Source: Erysipelotrichaceae bacterium (GTDB taxonomy: Bacteria > Bacillota_I > Bacilli_A > Erysipelotrichales > Erysipelotrichaceae). Taken from it: a stretch of 32,000 nucleotides of DNA. The translations under genes and the position numbers were made by a program. The stretch is from contig OY781039.1 of NCBI GenBank assembly GCA_963676105.1, forward strand, positions 1,650,001 through 1,682,000, read 5' to 3'. Shown here piece by piece: positions 29,367-32,000 of the stretch; positions within the stretch are counted from its first letter, which is position 1; each line of letters starts with the position of its first letter. The notes below the pieces were generated by a model. It saw nothing but the letters and a program-made list of their open reading frames with translations, was not told where the DNA came from and ran no database searches.

Positions 29367-29779
29367 AACCCTATTGTTTAATGTTGAGTCATGGCAATAT
29401 GGCGATAGAAACGCTTAAGTCTGGTGAAATGATTGCGGGTAAACAAAGTACAATTCTAGCTTTAAGCTTTTCAGAAAATGATTCAGTTGAAAGTTTAAGA
29501 GATGAAGTAAATAAGATTATAGAAAGTCATGTGAATGATCAGTTAATTGTTATGGTTGATTTACATGGTGGAACACCCTTTAACACAGTTGTAAATCATG
29601 TCTTAAAAGCAAAGAACATAAAATTGATGACTGGATTAAATCTTCCATTACTACTCGAATATATTTTCTCAAGTCATGAAGATTTAGATGAATTATCTAA
29701 ACATCTAGAATTGGTTGGTCAAGATTCTATCCATATCTTAGATGCAGTACATGATACTGATGATGAAATTGAATTTTAA
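29363..29779 (+). CDS. PTS mannose-family EIIA component
   Basis: 138 aa. MLSHGNMA is the phospho-His SHG motif, and DLHGGTPFN is present. Its start overlaps the murQ stop (ATGA). Confidence 0.8.
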   Translation: MKPYCLMLSHGNMAIETLKSGEMIAGKQSTILALSFSENDSVESLRDEVNKIIESHVNDQLIVMVDLHGGTPFNTVVNHVLKAKNIKLMTGLNLPLLLEYIFSSHEDLDELSKHLELVGQDSIHILDAVHDTDDEIEF

Positions 29780-29795
29780 TCTAGGACATTTTCAG

Positions 29796-29830
29796 AGATT
29801 CTCATACTACAATAGTGAGAATCTTTTTTT
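29796..29830 (+). terminator. intrinsic terminator ending the PTS/murQ operon
   Basis: AGATTCTCA (29796-29804) / TGAGAATCT (29816-29824), then T7. Confidence 0.8.
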
Positions 29831-29832
29831 AT

Positions 29833-29861
29833 TTGTGAAGTAGAATTATTAGGTATATAAT
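29833..29861 (+). promoter_or_regulatory. putative promoter of dinJ-yafQ
   Basis: TTGTGA (29833-29838), 17-nt spacer, TATAAT (29856-29861). Confidence 0.55.
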
Positions 29862-29894
29862 ATGCACATACAATGCAATGCATAGTATGTGCAT
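29862..29894. promoter_or_regulatory. 33-bp near-perfect palindrome, probable toxin-antitoxin operator
   Basis: ATGCACATACAATGCA-A-TGCATAGTATGTGCAT has 15 of 16 arm positions complementary. It starts immediately after the -10 and contains a nested ATGCA-A-TGCAT core. Confidence 0.6.
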
Positions 29895-29909
29895 TGAAAG
29901 GAGAGAATT

Positions 29910-30191
29910 ATGGCAACTAAAAATGTAACAATCCGCATGGATGTTGAATTAAAAAAATCTGCAGAGAAGCTATTTAATGAACTTGGTTTAAATATGACAA
30001 CTGCAATCACCATGTTTATTAAACAAGCAGTAAGGGAACAAAGATTTCCATTACCGATATCGCTCAATGTACCTAATGAAAGAACAGCAGCAGCAATTGA
30101 AGAAGGTAGAAGGCTTGCGAAAGATCCAAATGCAAAATTTTATTCTTCTATGGAAGAATTAATAAATGATTTAGAAAGTGATGAAGTATAG
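29910..30191 (+). CDS. dinJ: type II antitoxin, RelB/DinJ family
   Basis: TKNVTIRMDVELKKSAEKLFNELGLNMTTAITMFIKQAVREQRFP is a ribbon-helix-helix DinJ-type N-terminus. RBS AAAGGAGAG. Confidence 0.88.
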   Translation: MATKNVTIRMDVELKKSAEKLFNELGLNMTTAITMFIKQAVREQRFPLPISLNVPNERTAAAIEEGRRLAKDPNAKFYSSMEELINDLESDEV

Positions 30192-30456
30192 TGTAAAAAG
30201 TACTTCGCAATTTAAAAAGAATCTCAAACTATCAAGAAAACGGAATAGGGATATAAATCATTTGTATGAGTTAATAGAACTCATCGCATCAGGAGAAACC
30301 ATTCCATCAAAATACAAAGAACACATTTTAATTGGTAACTTTAAAGGCATACATGAATGTCATGTTGAGAATGACTGGTTATTATTATTTGAATTTGATG
30401 AAGAAGAATTAAAATTAATTCTCCATGGTGTAGGAACACATATTGATTTATTTTAA
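30178..30456 (+). CDS. yafQ: type II toxin, YafQ/RelE-family mRNA interferase
   Basis: SQFKKNLKLSRKRNRDINHL...KYKEHILIGNFKGIHECHVENDWLLLF...GTH is collinear with E. coli YafQ. It overlaps dinJ by 14 nt. ATG 30181 is an alternative start. Confidence 0.85.
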   Translation: MMKYSVKSTSQFKKNLKLSRKRNRDINHLYELIELIASGETIPSKYKEHILIGNFKGIHECHVENDWLLLFEFDEEELKLILHGVGTHIDLF

Positions 30457-31551
30457 AAAGAGATTATCTGAATCTTCTTTATATATATATTCTTTAACAT
30501 CAATATTTAACTCAGCACAAATATTTTTAAGTTCATTCATGTCTTCGTCATTGATATCTAGACCATGCATCTTTACACGTTCATAATATTCAAATTCTTT
30601 TTCACCATGAATATAGATGCGGTCATGATTTGGTGATTTTTTAGATGTCTTAATTTCATCAAGAAAAGCATTTAACTTAGTTTGAATTAAATCTGCTGGA
30701 CCAAATATTTTTGGATCAATAACCATAAAGAAGTGACTGACTCCTGAGTGTGTATGCTCTTCAATGTGATTTGATGTTTGTCCTAAAGAAATAATACCAG
30801 TTAGATATTCTACTAACATTGATAAACCATAACCTTTATGTGATCCTGTTTCTTCACTTTCACCACCTAATGGAAATAAGCCTGATAAACCAGAATAAAT
30901 GGATTTAAGGATATCACTTGGATTGGTTGTTGCTTGATAGTTTTCATCTAAGCCCCAAGAGTCAGGGATTTGTTTGCCTTCTTTTTGTGCAACTTCAATC
31001 TTTCCTAAAGGAACAGTGGAAGTGGCCACATCAAAGTTAAAAGGAACACCACCTGTAGGGATGCTTACTGCGATAGGATTAGTCCCTAACATGGCTTGTA
31101 CACCATGAGTTGGCACAACACAAGCTAAGGAGTTAGTCATTGAAATACCAATAAGATTTTGTTTTGTTGCTTCTAAGGAATAATATGAGGCAAAACCATA
31201 GTGATTAGAATTACGAACAGTTGTGAGACAGATACCACTGCGTTTAGCTTTTTCAATGGTCTTACTCATCGCAAATCGTGAAACAAGTTGTCCCATACCT
31301 TCATGTCCGTCAATGACACATGAAACAGGGGATTCAAATACAATCTCAGGTTTAGAATTTAGTTTAACTAATCCTTCTAGAATTTGTGTGTGATACATCA
31401 TTAAACGATTAATACCATGTGTACGTATTCCATAAGCATCAGATTTAATTAATGTATCCGTAATATACTTTGCATCGTCAGTATTAAAGCCATATGCACG
31501 ATATATAGACTCAACAAGTGTTATTAGTGAGTTTAATGAGTAATTATTCAT
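30448..31551 (-). CDS. Ldh_2-family (malate/L-lactate/sulfolactate-type) NAD(P)H-dependent oxidoreductase
   Basis: 367 aa with GIRTHGINRL, NSNHYG and GSHKGYGLS blocks typical of the Ldh_2 family. Confidence 0.85.
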   Translation of the reverse strand: MNNYSLNSLITLVESIYRAYGFNTDDAKYITDTLIKSDAYGIRTHGINRLMMYHTQILEGLVKLNSKPEIVFESPVSCVIDGHEGMGQLVSRFAMSKTIEKAKRSGICLTTVRNSNHYGFASYYSLEATKQNLIGISMTNSLACVVPTHGVQAMLGTNPIAVSIPTGGVPFNFDVATSTVPLGKIEVAQKEGKQIPDSWGLDENYQATTNPSDILKSIYSGLSGLFPLGGESEETGSHKGYGLSMLVEYLTGIISLGQTSNHIEEHTHSGVSHFFMVIDPKIFGPADLIQTKLNAFLDEIKTSKKSPNHDRIYIHGEKEFEYYERVKMHGLDINDEDMNELKNICAELNIDVKEYIYKEDSDNLFLK

Positions 31552-32000
31552 CTTCTTCTAAAGTGTTCATAAAAGGCTTTAAATACAGGTCACCAGAACG
31601 TGTCATTTCTTTCGCAAAGTCTGAACCATACTTACGATTATAGAAACGTTTAACGTACTCATCAAAACCAATTTGGCTAAGTTCACCAAGTTCACTCAAA
31701 CTTTCTCTTAAGTCATTTGAACTTAATTGTTGATAGGTATTTTCATGAACTATGTATTTTCGATTAAAACGTTTTGGTTTTTGTCGATCAATTTGGTGTT
31801 GAGTAGGATAGCCATAAACTAACATACTAATCGGAATCATTTTCTCACTGAGATTTAGAAGTTTACGAACATTTTCAATATTCTCTAAAATATCTCCAAT
31901 ATAAACAGACCCTAAACCAAATGACTGCGCTGCGACAACAGTATTTTGAGCCGCTATCATGGTATCTTCAATCGCTAATAAAATATCACCTGACCCAGGT
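31544..32000 (-). CDS. nitroreductase-family protein, N-terminus beyond the window edge
   Basis: AAQNTVVAAQSFGLGSVYIG is a typical C-terminal nitroreductase segment. The frame stays open upstream of the tracked ATG 31960 to nt 31999 (PGSGDILLAIEDT-M...). Its stop overlaps the Ldh_2 start (ATGAATAA). Confidence 0.72.
   Translation of the reverse strand, partial: PGSGDILLAIEDTMIAAQNTVVAAQSFGLGSVYIGDILENIENVRKLLNLSEKMIPISMLVYGYPTQHQIDRQKPKRFNRKYIVHENTYQQLSSNDLRESLSELGELSQIGFDEYVKRFYNRKYGSDFAKEMTRSGDLYLKPFMNTLEEDE

Noticed and set aside
11766-30067. Track ORFs 11766..11963(-), 14777..14959(+), 15835..16020(+), 17309..17533(-), 22147..22344(-), 26399..26602(-) and 29849..30067(-).
   Set aside because: These are antisense or out-of-frame overlaps with strongly supported genes. 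ORF 15835..16020 runs through the Dabb terminator, and 29849..30067 lies antisense to the dinJ promoter, operator and CDS. They are treated as non-coding.
1-32000. CRISPR arrays, IS elements or transposases, prophage genes, tRNA or rRNA genes, and long tandem repeats.
   Set aside because: None was seen while reading both strands. The intergenic regions are short and are accounted for by promoters, terminators and operators. Apart from ssrA, the longest non-coding stretches (20296-20534 and 25276-25468) are regulatory regions.

Overview
This is a visibly AT-rich, gene-dense chromosomal segment. It looks like a low-GC Bacillota (Erysipelotrichia or Acholeplasma-like) genome using the standard genetic code, since TGA serves as a stop, for example at murQ. 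All calls rest on reading the six-frame translations and the DNA by eye against remembered family motifs. No searches or folding programs were run.

Layout:
- 1-4.2 kb: a 5'-truncated unknown ORF, then methionine biosynthesis genes (metY, metA), an Rrf2 regulator and a secreted MsrP/YedY-like molybdoenzyme lipoprotein.
- 4.29-4.64 kb: tmRNA (ssrA) with a consensus promoter.
- 4.7-9.7 kb: a metal/redox block. It holds an FNR-type regulator and a perfect FNR box in front of a RIC-like mini-protein / P1B-ATPase / HMA-protein operon. A CDF transporter with an HMA-like head and an HD-domain/YgbA pair follow.
- 9.7-14.3 kb: a HAD hydrolase, an AEC transporter and a LytS-PAS-PAS-(degenerate GGDEF)-EAL c-di-GMP phosphodiesterase.
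- 14.4-20.3 kb: small enzymes (GNAT, peptidase E, Dabb, PHP phosphatase), two overlapping HutC-type GntR genes with a nicotinamidase-like hydrolase, a membrane protein and a second Cof-type HAD.
- 20.4-29.8 kb: an amino-sugar supercluster. It contains a RAT/terminator-controlled licT-like antiterminator, a Glc-family PTS EIICB plus EIIA, and nagB-nagA. These are followed by a Man-family PTS operon (IIC-IID-IIB-rpiR-murQ-IIA) with twin palindromic operators and a cre site.
- 29.8-30.5 kb: a dinJ-yafQ toxin-antitoxin pair with a 33-bp palindromic operator.
- 30.4-32 kb: an Ldh2-family dehydrogenase and a nitroreductase (truncated by the window edge) on the minus strand.

I saw no CRISPR array, IS or transposase, tRNA or rRNA.

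The candidates I consider most worth follow-up are:
- the FNR-box-controlled pump module, whose ATPase has a non-canonical CPG transmembrane motif;
- the Man-family PTS physically fused to MurQ;
- the overlapping twin GntR plus nicotinamidase-like unit.
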